A stretch of DNA of 64,000 nucleotides from Bythopirellula sp. (GCA_965216565.1 OZ244170.1:928001-992000), one strand, 5' to 3'. Shown: positions 39,477-49,747, counted from the stretch's first letter. Program-made: numbers and translations. Notes: generated from the letters alone by a model not told the origin.

Positions 39477-40421
39477 CTAGCTGTCGTGGTCTGCAGGCAG
39501 TTGTCGGGCCTGGCTGAGATTCTGGCCCAGCACTAGTTCGTGCCGCCCCTGATCGTTTGAGATTATGACTCTTCGACCGTCTAGTTCTGCAATCTCGCCT
39601 GAGAAGCGGCCGATCTCGATGCGATCACCGCGGCGGAAGTAACGCAGTTTGCCCGACTCGCTCAAACGAATCGACATTTGCCACCCACCGGCACCATACG
39701 TCATGCCCGTGATAAAGGCACCCTCAGCCTCAGCATCAGGAGCCTCCTCGTCTGGTTTAGAAGCTTCAGCGAGAACCTCCGGTTGTTCAGGTTCTGGAGG
39801 GCGGTAAGCCACGAAAATGTTGCGGCCCACAAGTTCATCCTTTACTTCTTCCAATGAGTCAGAGATCGTCTCGCTAGAGCCTTCTGCCAGTTGATCGGTG
39901 CGATTCGACTCGGGAAGCGAAATGGCATCCACCGTCAAACTGATATTCAACGACTGGCGATCGGAAGTGGGGACGAGCGTTGCTGCCGATATTCGGTGCA
40001 GGTGATTCGATTGGTAAAACTCATAGAGGAAAGCGGTTAACTGTTCCATGTTTCCTTTAGCGGTGACGATGAATGTCGCCTGACGGTACACACTGCGGGA
40101 AACTCGAGGCGACTGTTCTCGGATGTCTTGCACTTCGAGTTTTGCCTCGGTGAGCTCCTGGCGTAACCAATCTTGATAGAGAGACTTTGCGATATCCAAA
40201 TTCGTAGGCAAAGCCTGACGTTGCCAATTGCGGAGTTTTCGCTGAGCGTTGCGGCCACGCAGTGCCGCAGTTTTCACGCGACTGAGATCTCCTTGAGTGC
40301 TCAGGGCTAGGTTCTCGTTGCGATCACGTGCTTCGCGATAGCGCTTTAGTCCGACAGTACTTCCCCACAGCAGGACTGCCAATGCGACTAAACCAGTGAG
40401 TAATTTCTCGCGCTGACTCAT
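39477..40421 (-). CDS. T2SS inner-membrane platform protein (GspM/PilO-like with a C-terminal extension)
   Basis: MSQREK-TM start, G.MEQL..FLY motif and position in the gsp operon. Confidence 0.65.
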   Translation of the reverse strand: MSQREKLLTGLVALAVLLWGSTVGLKRYREARDRNENLALSTQGDLSRVKTAALRGRNAQRKLRNWQRQALPTNLDIAKSLYQDWLRQELTEAKLEVQDIREQSPRVSRSVYRQATFIVTAKGNMEQLTAFLYEFYQSNHLHRISAATLVPTSDRQSLNISLTVDAISLPESNRTDQLAEGSSETISDSLEEVKDELVGRNIFVAYRPPEPEQPEVLAEASKPDEEAPDAEAEGAFITGMTYGAGGWQMSIRLSESGKLRYFRRGDRIEIGRFSGEIAELDGRRVIISNDQGRHELVLGQNLSQARQLPADHDS

Positions 40422-41869
40422 AGCTCACCACCCTCGACTTGGGTGCCGTCGGTTACGTCGACAATTGCAGTGAACTTCACGGGGTAACCGTTTACTTCCT
40501 CGGCACGTGAAGTTTCACCACGTCGCACGCGGTGTTTCCCATCTCGAAGACGGTATTCCACAGGCTGTAGATCGGAAGTGTCCTTAGCATAGGCTTCGAT
40601 TGTGAATTGCCGGTTCCGCATTTCGATCTTGCCCACGACAATGTCGTCTTCTACGTCAAAGGACTCGGAGTCGAGAGGTTCACTGCGGACGTGTTTGGCA
40701 ATCAATCGCATTTCACTGAGCAAATTGACAGAGCTATCAAGCCAGGCACGAATCGAGGCCACTTCGCCCTCGGCTTGGCGCAGCTCGTCAGCCGATTCTT
40801 CGTAGAGATCGATTTCCGCTTGCATCTCTGCCGCGCGTTCTAGTGGCTCCTGCACGTTGCGGTAAGCTTGCCAGCCCACGAGTGCAAACAGTGCTAGGGC
40901 TGCCGCTGCGGCGAGGTAGTATGTCTGCAGACGAGTTGCAGGGGCGGGAGGAGCGTGGGGATTGATCAGATCGACCAACGGCGACTCACCGGCCAGCGCG
41001 GCGGAGGCTAAAGCGAGAATGGGCTCTTCCACTGCCGGGGAAGACGCGGCCTGGACCACCTCAAACGGACTTGCCGGGATTTCGATGTGACTATTCAGCT
41101 GTGCAGACAACTTAGTACCGAGTGCGGTAAGTTGCTGCGAGGCACTACCGATGAGATAAGTTGTCGTGTTATCGATCTTGGGAAACCGCTGGCTCAAGGC
41201 AATCTCGGTTCGCTTGAGCTGAGTGGCTACAGCTGCCGAAAAATCTGGCGAATCGCTAGCGGGAAGTTGCAATTGCCTGAACAGAACTACTTGATTGTCA
41301 ACTTGATACCAAATTGCGGGCTCGTTTCCTAAAGGTCCCACACAAAGTTGGGCGCTCTCCGGTATGGCTTGCCCATCTGCATAAACTGGCCAGCCCAACA
41401 CTGCGGGGATGACATGATCTGCTGAAAGGTCGGCAGCAGAAAGCACTTGCTTGACTTTGGTAAGTTGGCTGGGGGCGAGCGCAATGCTCCAAACTTGGCG
41501 CGGCTCTTCCGACCCGCCTTCGAGAGTTAGAAAGTCGAGGCCGCTTGCGTCTCCAACTCCGTTGGAAGTGTAGTCGGATTGCAGGCGAACAAGTTGTGGC
41601 AACTCTTCGTCAGGGCAGGGGGGCAATTGCAGGTGTTGCCAATCTAAGGAATCTCGACCGACGGCGACGATCACCTTGGCCCGTTGAGGAGAATAACCTG
41701 CCACCGCTGATCCAAGCTGTTGCCCCAATTCGGCAGAAGAGGCAGACGGGTCCAATTGGGTAACCGACTCGACCTCAAGTTTGGAGCTCGAACCGCGCAG
41801 GACAATGGCGCGACAATCAGCAGGTTTCCAGTGGAGGATGATCACTCGGTTCATCGAAGTGGGCGGCAA
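40418..41869 (-). CDS. GspL / PilM-PilN-like protein
   Basis: Actin-like cytoplasmic domain (LQLPP...EELPQLVR), DLINP-TM-coiled coil and operon position. Confidence 0.7.
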   Translation of the reverse strand: MPPTSMNRVIILHWKPADCRAIVLRGSSSKLEVESVTQLDPSASSAELGQQLGSAVAGYSPQRAKVIVAVGRDSLDWQHLQLPPCPDEELPQLVRLQSDYTSNGVGDASGLDFLTLEGGSEEPRQVWSIALAPSQLTKVKQVLSAADLSADHVIPAVLGWPVYADGQAIPESAQLCVGPLGNEPAIWYQVDNQVVLFRQLQLPASDSPDFSAAVATQLKRTEIALSQRFPKIDNTTTYLIGSASQQLTALGTKLSAQLNSHIEIPASPFEVVQAASSPAVEEPILALASAALAGESPLVDLINPHAPPAPATRLQTYYLAAAAALALFALVGWQAYRNVQEPLERAAEMQAEIDLYEESADELRQAEGEVASIRAWLDSSVNLLSEMRLIAKHVRSEPLDSESFDVEDDIVVGKIEMRNRQFTIEAYAKDTSDLQPVEYRLRDGKHRVRRGETSRAEEVNGYPVKFTAIVDVTDGTQVEGGEL

Positions 41870-41999
41870 GTTAATAGTGTCGCGAGTTAGCGGAAGCTTG
41901 GGTCCAGTTAGTCGTCTTGGACGCTTCTATTGTACACACCCTGTACGGGTGAGGGTGGCCTGGAAAATTGGATGGAGTCTACAAGCTCGAAGCGTTTGG

Positions 42000-43691
42000 T
42001 CATTGAGACGGTGTTGACGCCACGCCAAGGAGCGCCTGCTTGGCAAACCCAGGTCCAAGTTCGCTCAAGTCGTGCCAGCCGACGAGTTTTGTCGTTTCGG
42101 ACGTCCGCTCGAGAACAATTTCCAACCGAGACTGCCCCGGTGCCGATTCGAAGAAACCAATCACCTGCCCACTGTAGACATTGCCGCCGGCGTTGAGATA
42201 GGGATCGAGGGCTTTCATTTCCTCCAGCTCGACAATGCCTTCGGCCAACAGCCACACGGCATGGCGATGCGTATGAGTAGTCGAATCGGTAATCGGCAGG
42301 CGACGACTAATGATCTGATCTGCAATCAAGGTGGTCATCCCTGGCACCGTTCTGAGCACGGCTCTGGAAGCAGCGTTTACGTTCACTCGTCCGACGATTG
42401 GGCCGGTTGACTGGACGGTGGTGCGGTCCAGAAGTTCGAGCAAATCCTGGCTGCCTCCTGCGTTAACTTCTTGCCAAGGCGACTCGATTAATTCTGCAGG
42501 ACTCTGTTCATCTTTCTTGTAAGACACTTTGGCACCAACAAGATCCAGTAGCGAGCCAATGCTGCTCTTGGCGTCTTTATCGAAATCTATTTTTAATGCC
42601 CCAGCTTTCACTGTTTTTCCCGTCTCGTTTTCTCCAGCAGCACCAAACTGACGGTACGCAATGATAAATTTGGCCTCGGCGGCGCCAATCGCAGTGGTTA
42701 ATTTGCTACTGAGTTGTTTTAGATTGTTGGAGTTGACGTCGATTTTATCTTCGCCATCGGGAGCCTGGTTTTGCTCCGCAGAGCTAAGCGTAAGATACGC
42801 CGACCATCCTCGGTCGAGTTGCCCATTGTAATTCTCGATTAATGTCAGAGCCCCCCGCGGTGTTTCGTGGGTCTCGAGCACAAAATTGCGATTCGAGTCT
42901 TGGCCGTAAAGCAGTTCCGGCGTTACTCCGCGTACCTGCAAGAGTTCGTCGAGAGAACTAATCGGGCCGTTACGCGGTTCGTAGGCCGGGTTCAAGCTCT
43001 GGTAGTAAGAGGCTTCAGCTCCAAGTGGGCGCGCTGTATCGTCGTCGTCAATCCAATCGAGAATTGCGTCGGCGATGTCTTCGGTCATGCCGGGAAGAGA
43101 TAGAAGGCGTTTTCTAGGATTGTCTTTTGGTTGCGAAGAGCCAGCACCACTCGTGCCTGTACTACTCGATCCAGATGCACCACCTGAACCAGACCCTCCG
43201 GGAGCACCGGGGATTCCTGCAGGACCAGCGCCGGCTGAACCATTTCTCGATGAACCGCGCTTGTCTTGCAGAATAGCGTTGAGATTGAGCTTGGCTGACT
43301 CGTCTTCTAGTCCAAACTGAAAGCCCGAGTAGTAACCCAGCGACATATCTGGGGCGACAACGGTGAAGCGACCGCGAAAATCTTCAATCACATCGTCAGA
43401 GACGAGGATCGCTTGCATCGAATTGGTGTTTTCTTGAATACCACCTTGCACGGCGATGTTTTCATCCGTCTGCGCTAGAAACACCTTGAGATACTCGACG
43501 CCCGATTCCGCCAGCATTCGAGTTTGCACATAATTGCCAGAATACCGAGTGGCAGTATGTTCGTTATGCATGGAGACCAAGTAAGTGCCGGTCGTGAGCG
43601 ACATGATGGCCACCACGACCAACACCAGAAGCAAGACACTTGCTTGGCGATTTTGTGGGAGTCCACTCTTAGTCCTGAGACTAGTTGTCAC
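42000..43691 (-). CDS. gspK: Minor pseudopilin GspK (probable GTG start at 43691)
   Basis: RQASVLLLVLVVV, DESAKLNLN, IADAILDWIDDD, PRNGP..SLDELLQVRGVT and NVNAAS..VL. Confidence 0.88.
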   Translation of the reverse strand: MTTSLRTKSGLPQNRQASVLLLVLVVVAIMSLTTGTYLVSMHNEHTATRYSGNYVQTRMLAESGVEYLKVFLAQTDENIAVQGGIQENTNSMQAILVSDDVIEDFRGRFTVVAPDMSLGYYSGFQFGLEDESAKLNLNAILQDKRGSSRNGSAGAGPAGIPGAPGGSGSGGASGSSSTGTSGAGSSQPKDNPRKRLLSLPGMTEDIADAILDWIDDDDTARPLGAEASYYQSLNPAYEPRNGPISSLDELLQVRGVTPELLYGQDSNRNFVLETHETPRGALTLIENYNGQLDRGWSAYLTLSSAEQNQAPDGEDKIDVNSNNLKQLSSKLTTAIGAAEAKFIIAYRQFGAAGENETGKTVKAGALKIDFDKDAKSSIGSLLDLVGAKVSYKKDEQSPAELIESPWQEVNAGGSQDLLELLDRTTVQSTGPIVGRVNVNAASRAVLRTVPGMTTLIADQIISRRLPITDSTTHTHRHAVWLLAEGIVELEEMKALDPYLNAGGNVYSGQVIGFFESAPGQSRLEIVLERTSETTKLVGWHDLSELGPGFAKQALLGVASTPSQ

Positions 43692-44640
43692 TGCCAGAGC
43701 CTCCTGTGGGAGCTTGGCTTCCACCATTGCCACCTGACCCCTGCGAGGGACTGCTTGAACTGGATTGGGTTGGCTGGCGACGCTCGGGAACTCGTACAAA
43801 CAACGTATACTTCACTTCGTTTTCGCTCTTGCTCAGTTCAACGTCGCGTTCCTGCTCGCTGGCGGCAAGTGCCAGATCGAAGGGCTCCTTGAGAAACGTG
43901 AGCCGAATCTCAATTGCCACGGGCAAGCCTTTCTGAGCGGCTGAGTCCCAAGAGTCCAACAGTTGCTGTCCATCGTAGTAGGCAAACTCCAGTGCGAGCA
44001 CCTCGGGAGCCAGGAGCTGAGGCTCCGAAGCAGTATTGCTTGTGAGATTGATCCCTCTTGAGTTGTTCTGGTAGAGCCACGCTGGCGTGGGCGACTGCTG
44101 GCGATACAGTCCCGCGTATCCCGGCAATGCCGAGTCCGTGAGGACACCCATGGCCGCCAATTGGTCTGCCAACAGAGTGTTGCCATCGTTGAATACATAG
44201 GCCACGGTCGTCGGCATCTCTTCTGCCGATGTGGGTTGGACGGGATCGATTTGTCGAGAGGTGCGGGCCCAATTCCAACGGGCACCACGATCGATTCTCA
44301 ACTCGGTTTCTGTCCCAAAGATGCCATGCACCTGATTTGCCGATTCGCTACTACCCTGAGAGCTGCTAGAGCCAGAGGCGTTAGCACCTGTCCGCGCTGA
44401 CGAAGAATTCTCAGGAGCATAGTACCGAGCAGAGCGGATGTCGTCGGCGATTTGGCCGAGCAACGTCCGCGCAAGTTGTGCCGCTTCGACTTTGCTACGA
44501 TTCGCATCCACGCGCACCAAATACAAATCAATCGCAGTAGCAAGTAGGGCGAGCAAAGTCCCGGTGAGCCCGATAGCTAGTACGACTTCTAGCAACGTGA
44601 ATCCACGATTGCGTCTCTTACCCCACGAGGTGCTAGGCAT
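43681..44640 (-). CDS. gspJ: Minor pseudopilin, GspJ-like
   Basis: RG|FTLLEVVLA prepilin motif and C-terminal W....GLPVAIEI. Confidence 0.8.
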   Translation of the reverse strand: MPSTSWGKRRNRGFTLLEVVLAIGLTGTLLALLATAIDLYLVRVDANRSKVEAAQLARTLLGQIADDIRSARYYAPENSSSARTGANASGSSSSQGSSESANQVHGIFGTETELRIDRGARWNWARTSRQIDPVQPTSAEEMPTTVAYVFNDGNTLLADQLAAMGVLTDSALPGYAGLYRQQSPTPAWLYQNNSRGINLTSNTASEPQLLAPEVLALEFAYYDGQQLLDSWDSAAQKGLPVAIEIRLTFLKEPFDLALAASEQERDVELSKSENEVKYTLFVRVPERRQPTQSSSSSPSQGSGGNGGSQAPTGGSGSDN

Positions 44641-45415
44641 CGCTTCCCCCCGTGCTAGAGCTGCTCGAATCGCTATCTTGCTCGCTGCTAGAGTCCTCCG
44701 CAGATTCATCGGCTGGACCAACCCAACGCACGAGGCGGAACTTCACCGGATCGAACTTCTGTTCCAGGTCTTGCTCAACGAGCAGTTCGATGGAAGAAAT
44801 CCCTTGGATTGTGGTGGGGCTGATGGTCACGGAATAAACCCAAGGCACCGAGTCCTCCACTTCCATTGGCGCTCGGGCCTGGTCGGTGGACTCGATCGCT
44901 CCACAGAGGATCTTGTCCATCAAAGAAGAAGCCAGCTGCTGCGCACGTGTTTCAGCTTGGGCGTCGGAGGCACTGCGGTCTGCCGAGCTCATAATCTCGC
45001 CAAGAATGGCCAGTGCGCCGGCCAAGATTGCTAACGCCAGAACCACTTCAATCAGCGTGAAGGCATCGCGGCAGCGAGAGTCTGGAATCGAGCGTAGTTT
45101 GCAAGACTGACCAGGGTGGCAACAGCCTGCATTACGAAAATCTTTTCCCTCCCCTCGATGGGGAGGGTTAGGGAGGGGTGCCACCGAACCACGAACAGTC
45201 GCCCCCCTCCCCAGCCCTCCCCACAAGGGGGAAGGAGCCATGGAGCTCAATTCTCTAGAATCAGTTTCAATAATCAGAAAAGTCCCATGTGAGCCGACGG
45301 CGCTAGCCGCGGGTAGCGTTTGGCTAGGTGTTGTTCTGATACTACCCGACGCTAGCGCGTTCGGCTCATTGATTTTAAAACTGCTTCTAGGCGCCTTCGT
45401 TATCGAATTCGACAT
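44633..45415 (-). CDS. gspI: Minor pseudopilin, GspI-like, with a repeat-expanded leader of 118 aa
   Basis: DA|FTLIEVVLALAI at residues 118/119. The ATG is 10 nt after the gspH stop; an alternative ATG lies at 45241. Confidence 0.75.
   Translation of the reverse strand: MSNSITKAPRSSFKINEPNALASGSIRTTPSQTLPAASAVGSHGTFLIIETDSRELSSMAPSPLWGGLGRGATVRGSVAPLPNPPHRGEGKDFRNAGCCHPGQSCKLRSIPDSRCRDAFTLIEVVLALAILAGALAILGEIMSSADRSASDAQAETRAQQLASSLMDKILCGAIESTDQARAPMEVEDSVPWVYSVTISPTTIQGISSIELLVEQDLEQKFDPVKFRLVRWVGPADESAEDSSSEQDSDSSSSSTGGSDA
45146..45237. repeat. CCCTCCCC...GGGGAGGG palindromic repeat doublet within the gspI leader
   Basis: Two hairpins that translate as PSPLWGGLGRG...PLPNPPHRGEG. Confidence 0.8.
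45255..45390. mobile_element. MITE-like element, copy B, in frame within the gspI leader
   Basis: CTAG at 45255 and 45387, 132 nt apart. Terminal inverted repeats present. Homologous to 27164-27298. Confidence 0.85.
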
Positions 45416-45424
45416 CGCATCGCC

Positions 45425-46048
45425 CTATCGCCCAGTCTTGAGTTTAGATTCTTCGAGCGTTATCACCTCGCTTGCTCGGCCGATGCCCGTCAAGCCGCGC
45501 AGCGTAACTCGCTGCACAAGGCCACGCTCGTTCCGGAGTAGTAGACTCGCTTCGGTCGAAGAGCCATCGGGGAAGAAGACGATCGGCTCTGCCCAATTCG
45601 AGTTGGCGGCATCGCTCAGCGTTCGAACGGTTGGCTGCTCGCCGGATTCATACAAAAGTGATTCGCCTTCGGCAAATTCGATGTCGGCGGGCAATTCGCC
45701 CTCGTAGGGTTGCCACTCTCCGTAATCGACCGTTCCCTCGGCGCCGGGTTCTTCGATCAGCGAACTATCCGTCTGCTCAATCTGCAAACCTTGCCAGGGC
45801 TTGAGGCTGTATGCGCCCGACTCAGATTGGAAGAGGAATTGATGCGGCTCGCCCGATTGAATCGCTTGGATGCGTAGCTCGCTCCAGGCGGTGAGGACGC
45901 GGTCGGAGCCACGTTTAAGACGCAAGGTTGAAAACGCGCCGTCGAAAATAGGCTTAGCCATGCTGCTAATCACGACGAGTAGCACCAAGACTAGCAAGAG
46001 TTCAAAGAGCGTCATTCCCGCGGGTTGTTTTTTTGCAATAGCCTTCAC
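45425..46048 (-). CDS. gspH: Minor pseudopilin, GspH/FimT-like
   Basis: AG|MTLFELLLVL and IVFFPDGSS. Confidence 0.8.
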   Translation of the reverse strand: MKAIAKKQPAGMTLFELLLVLVLLVVISSMAKPIFDGAFSTLRLKRGSDRVLTAWSELRIQAIQSGEPHQFLFQSESGAYSLKPWQGLQIEQTDSSLIEEPGAEGTVDYGEWQPYEGELPADIEFAEGESLLYESGEQPTVRTLSDAANSNWAEPIVFFPDGSSTEASLLLRNERGLVQRVTLRGLTGIGRASEVITLEESKLKTGR

Positions 46049-46073
46049 TCAGATTCCCCTCGACTCCTTCCGC

Positions 46074-46517
46074 CTAGGAAGAAGATTCCCAATTTCCAAT
46101 ATCGTCGTCAGTGCCGCTCTTGCCGTCGGGGCCGTTCGACCAGAAGTCGAATTTGTCAGGGTTGTTCTTGCCTTCGGGAGAATACTGATAAGCGTTGCCC
46201 CAGGGGTCGTTTTTCAGTTTCTCGGTGTAAGGCCCGGACCACTTTTTAGCCATCTCCGCGTCACTGGGTTTTTCCCACAGATCTTCCAACTTGGGCGGAT
46301 ACTTGTTCAAGTCGAGACGGTATCGACTGATCGGTTCTCCCAGCAATCCAACCTGCGCCTTCGCCGCATTCATGTTGGCCTTGTCCTGCGTCCCCGTAAA
46401 TACATTCACCGCAAGCGATCCTAAGATGACAAGGATGATGAGAACCAGCAGTACCTCGATAAGAGTAAATCCTTTACGGTTGGTAGAGCGAGTGCATTTG
46501 TGCGATCGCTGAAACAT
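46074..46517 (-). CDS. gspG: Major pseudopilin GspG
   Basis: KG|FTLIEVLLVL, W.GPY...DPWGNAYQY and S.GPDG..GT.DDIGNW. Confidence 0.95.
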   Translation of the reverse strand: MFQRSHKCTRSTNRKGFTLIEVLLVLIILVILGSLAVNVFTGTQDKANMNAAKAQVGLLGEPISRYRLDLNKYPPKLEDLWEKPSDAEMAKKWSGPYTEKLKNDPWGNAYQYSPEGKNNPDKFDFWSNGPDGKSGTDDDIGNWESSS

Positions 46518-46566
46518 GGGGAGTCTCCTTTTTCTCTGTTACTTTTTTGTGTTTAAAGTGTTTCGT

Positions 46567-47769
46567 TTACAAAGCCGTTGCCGACTTGAGCATGGGTAAT
46601 AGTAGGGCGACGACGATTACCAGTACCGCCGAGGCCATTACCAGCAACATCACGGGTTCCACAAGCCGCACCAGTAGGTCTAGACGCCGCCATGTTTGTC
46701 GCTCGAGCGTCTCGGCGATATTTGTTAATACGGTTTCCAGAGTATTCGATTGTTCAGCCACGCCCACCATTTCGACGACGTCCGGCGGAAAATGGCCGCT
46801 AGCTTTGAGGGGTGTCGCCAAGGATTCGCCAGCGGTGATATTGTCTGCCGCTTTGTTTACCGCTTCGGCTAGGACTCGGTTACCCGTGGAATCGGAGCTA
46901 ATCTTTAATGCCCTGACGATGGGCACTCCGCCGCTGAGCAAAGTTCCCAGCACCCGGCAAAAGCGTGATACGGCCAAGTTGCGATAAATTTGCCCGGCCT
47001 GGGGAGCTCGTAAACGCCAGCGATCGAGAAGCCAACGTCCCGACTCCGTGGCGAGTTTCGCCCGAGCAATCATCACCACAGCTGCCAAAGCGAGAAAGAT
47101 CAGTAAGCCGTAATTCGCCACGGTGTCGCTCACCCACAGCAGCCAATCAGTAAGAAATGGCAATTCCCCCCGAGCGCGAAGACGACCAAACAAGGCCTCA
47201 AACTTTGGCACGAAGAAAATTACTAGGACACAAACAATGCCTACGCTAAACACGGCCAGAAAAATGGGATAGGCCAAAGCCCCCATCACACGACTTTTCA
47301 ATTCGGCTTGTTGGTCGGTAAATTTTGCGACGCGTTCCAGAGCTTCTTCCAAGAATCCACCTTCACTGCCGGCACGGACAATGCTCGTGGCGAGTTCGCT
47401 AAAAGCTTTGGGATGGCGCTGCATGGCTTCGGATAGCGATTGGCCGTCAGTCACCCGGGAGTAGAGATCATTCACTGCATGTTTCAGCGCCGGATTGGTG
47501 GATTGGTCGCCGATCACTTCTAAGGATCGGAGTAGTGGTACGCCACTTCGTAGCAACGCAGCCAACTGCAGGTAAAACTGGGCCATCGCTTGCGGACGGA
47601 CGCGTTTGCCCGCGGAATTCTGCACGGCACCTGTGGCTGGCTTCACCTCCGTAGGAAAGAGTTGCCGAGTGGCTAGTGACGCAATCGCCTCGCGCTCCGA
47701 TCCAGCCGAAAGTACACCTTCCTCGACAGTTCCACCTGCATTTCGGGCGATGTAGGCAAAGTCGGGCAT
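46567..47769 (-). CDS. gspF: T2SS inner-membrane protein GspF/PilC
   Basis: QLAALLRSGVPL, ALAYP, FFVPKF, LGTLLSGGVPI and LVEP. Confidence 0.93.
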   Translation of the reverse strand: MPDFAYIARNAGGTVEEGVLSAGSEREAIASLATRQLFPTEVKPATGAVQNSAGKRVRPQAMAQFYLQLAALLRSGVPLLRSLEVIGDQSTNPALKHAVNDLYSRVTDGQSLSEAMQRHPKAFSELATSIVRAGSEGGFLEEALERVAKFTDQQAELKSRVMGALAYPIFLAVFSVGIVCVLVIFFVPKFEALFGRLRARGELPFLTDWLLWVSDTVANYGLLIFLALAAVVMIARAKLATESGRWLLDRWRLRAPQAGQIYRNLAVSRFCRVLGTLLSGGVPIVRALKISSDSTGNRVLAEAVNKAADNITAGESLATPLKASGHFPPDVVEMVGVAEQSNTLETVLTNIAETLERQTWRRLDLLVRLVEPVMLLVMASAVLVIVVALLLPMLKSATAL

Positions 47770-48019
47770 CTGAACCGAAGGGGAAGTGGGGAAGGCTAAA
47801 TAATCAAGAATCCAAGATAATCAAGAATTCAAGTGCGGATAAAACTTGTAGGCGTCTATCTGAATTTTCACTCGCCCAAGTGAGGCGAGCGACTATAGGA
47901 GGGGGCTGATGCGATTTGGAAGGACTTCTAAGTTATTGATGCACTGGGGTAACCGAATTGTTCCTATTTTACGTCGTTTCGGACGAAAAAAACACGCCTG
48001 CTTTTCGTTTAAACTCAAT

Positions 48020-48053
48020 CCAATTTGCGCATTAACCCAATTTGCGCATTAAC
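48020..48053. repeat. Perfect 17-bp tandem duplication
   Basis: CCAATTTGCGCATTAAC twice, at the gspE stop. Confidence 0.85.
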
Positions 48054-49747
48054 TAGGAACGATCGCCCTTGGTTACCCGCAATACCTCGTCCACCGTGGT
48101 TGTCCCGGCTAGTACTTTCAACCAAGCATCCTGACGCAATGTACGCATTCCCCCGGCCAAAGCGGCCTGGCGGATCTCCCAGCTACTGGCCCGATCATGG
48201 GCCAACTGGCGGACGTCGTCGGTTGTGGCACAAAGCTCGAAAATGCCTTGCCGACCCGCAAAACCGAGCTGGCGGCATTCCTTGCAGCCTACGGGCTGGT
48301 ACAGGGGCTCGCCGCGTTGCTGGTAATCTTCCCAGGGGAAATCCTTGGGCAGGTCGTCCTGTTTCGGACTGTAGGCCTGTCGGCACTTCTTGCATAGCGA
48401 GCGCACCAATCGCTGGGCCATCACCGCTTCGATGGTGCTAGCCACCAAAAAGGGTTCGATGCCCATGTCGACCAGCCGCGTGTAGGCACTGGGGGCGTCG
48501 TTGGTGTGCAGAGTGCTAAACACGAGGTGACCGGTGAGCGAAGCTTGAATGGCATTTTCGGCCGTTTCATGGTCGCGTATTTCACCCACCAAGACCACGT
48601 CCGGATCGTGCCGCAGGATGGAACGCAGCGAATGGGCAAAGGTGAGTCCGATTTTTGAATGGACTTGGATTTGGTTGATTCCTTCCAGTTGGTACTCCAC
48701 CGGATCTTCGGTCGTGATGATCTTCGTGTCTTCACTCTTGATTTCTAGTAGCGCGCTGTAAAGCGAGGTAGTTTTTCCTGAGCCCGTAGGACCGGTGACT
48801 AGCACAATTCCGTGCGGCATGCGGATCAGATCGTCGAACCGGCCTTTGAGATCAGGCTCCATGCCTAGCTTTCGAAGTGAAAACTCCATTGCCCCCTTGT
48901 CCAATAGCCGCATCACGATTCCTTCGCCATGCAACATTGGAATCACCGAAACCCGCACGTCGACCTCGCGGCCATGTACCTTCAATTTGATGCGGCCATC
49001 CTGGGGCAGCCGCTTTTCAGCGATGTTCAGTCGAGCCATGATTTTCAAGCGGCTGATGATCGCCGCCTGAAACTGATGAATCTCTGGGGGGACGGGCTGG
49101 GCGTGCAGGATGCCATCGATTCGATAGCGAATGCGAATACCTGATGGCTGCGACTCGATGTGTACGTCGCTCGCTCGCGAGTCGACTGCTTCAATGAGAA
49201 TCTCATTGACGAGACGAACCACGGAAGCCTCTTGGGCCTCGGCAGAAATTTCGTCATCGTCTACGTCTATCTCATCAAGCAATTCGATATCTTCTTCACG
49301 TTGTGCGAGCAAACCTTCGATGGTTTCGCTACCCACGCCCAAGTGAGACTTAATGCGTTTGGCAATCGACCCACTGGTGGCCAATACCGGATCGACCGTC
49401 GCTCCCAACGCTGCCGCCGCTTCGTCGAGCGAATACAAGTCGAGCGGATCCGAAGTGGCGATGACCACGGAGCCATTGTCTCGACTGATGGGAAAGAAGC
49501 CGTGGCGATGAATTAGCTTCTGAGGCAATTCCGAAAGTAGGGAGAGGTCGACCTCGGCGGTATCTAGGTCGATCATGGGAATGCCGAGTTCCTCGCCAAG
49601 TGCTCCCAAGGCCTGCTCTTCCGAAATCAATCCCAGCGCAACGGCCGATTGATCGATGCGGTTGCCATTGGCTTGTGCAGCAGTGGCACGGCTAATGCCC
49701 TCGGCATCGAGCAATCCATGATTCACAAGTATTTGACCGGGGTCCAT
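48053..49747 (-). CDS. gspE: T2SS ATPase GspE/PilB
   Basis: ASDVHIE, RLPQDGR, GPTGSGKTT, LRHDPDVVLVGEIRD, TGHLVFSTLHTN and a tetracysteine motif. Confidence 0.95.
   Translation of the reverse strand: MDPGQILVNHGLLDAEGISRATAAQANGNRIDQSAVALGLISEEQALGALGEELGIPMIDLDTAEVDLSLLSELPQKLIHRHGFFPISRDNGSVVIATSDPLDLYSLDEAAAALGATVDPVLATSGSIAKRIKSHLGVGSETIEGLLAQREEDIELLDEIDVDDDEISAEAQEASVVRLVNEILIEAVDSRASDVHIESQPSGIRIRYRIDGILHAQPVPPEIHQFQAAIISRLKIMARLNIAEKRLPQDGRIKLKVHGREVDVRVSVIPMLHGEGIVMRLLDKGAMEFSLRKLGMEPDLKGRFDDLIRMPHGIVLVTGPTGSGKTTSLYSALLEIKSEDTKIITTEDPVEYQLEGINQIQVHSKIGLTFAHSLRSILRHDPDVVLVGEIRDHETAENAIQASLTGHLVFSTLHTNDAPSAYTRLVDMGIEPFLVASTIEAVMAQRLVRSLCKKCRQAYSPKQDDLPKDFPWEDYQQRGEPLYQPVGCKECRQLGFAGRQGIFELCATTDDVRQLAHDRASSWEIRQAALAGGMRTLRQDAWLKVLAGTTTVDEVLRVTKGDRS

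Noticed and set aside
43692..43799. ORF-track N-terminal extension of gspK (and likewise gspJ to 44721)
   Set aside because: These would overlap the upstream genes extensively; starts near the upstream stop codons give normal short leaders.
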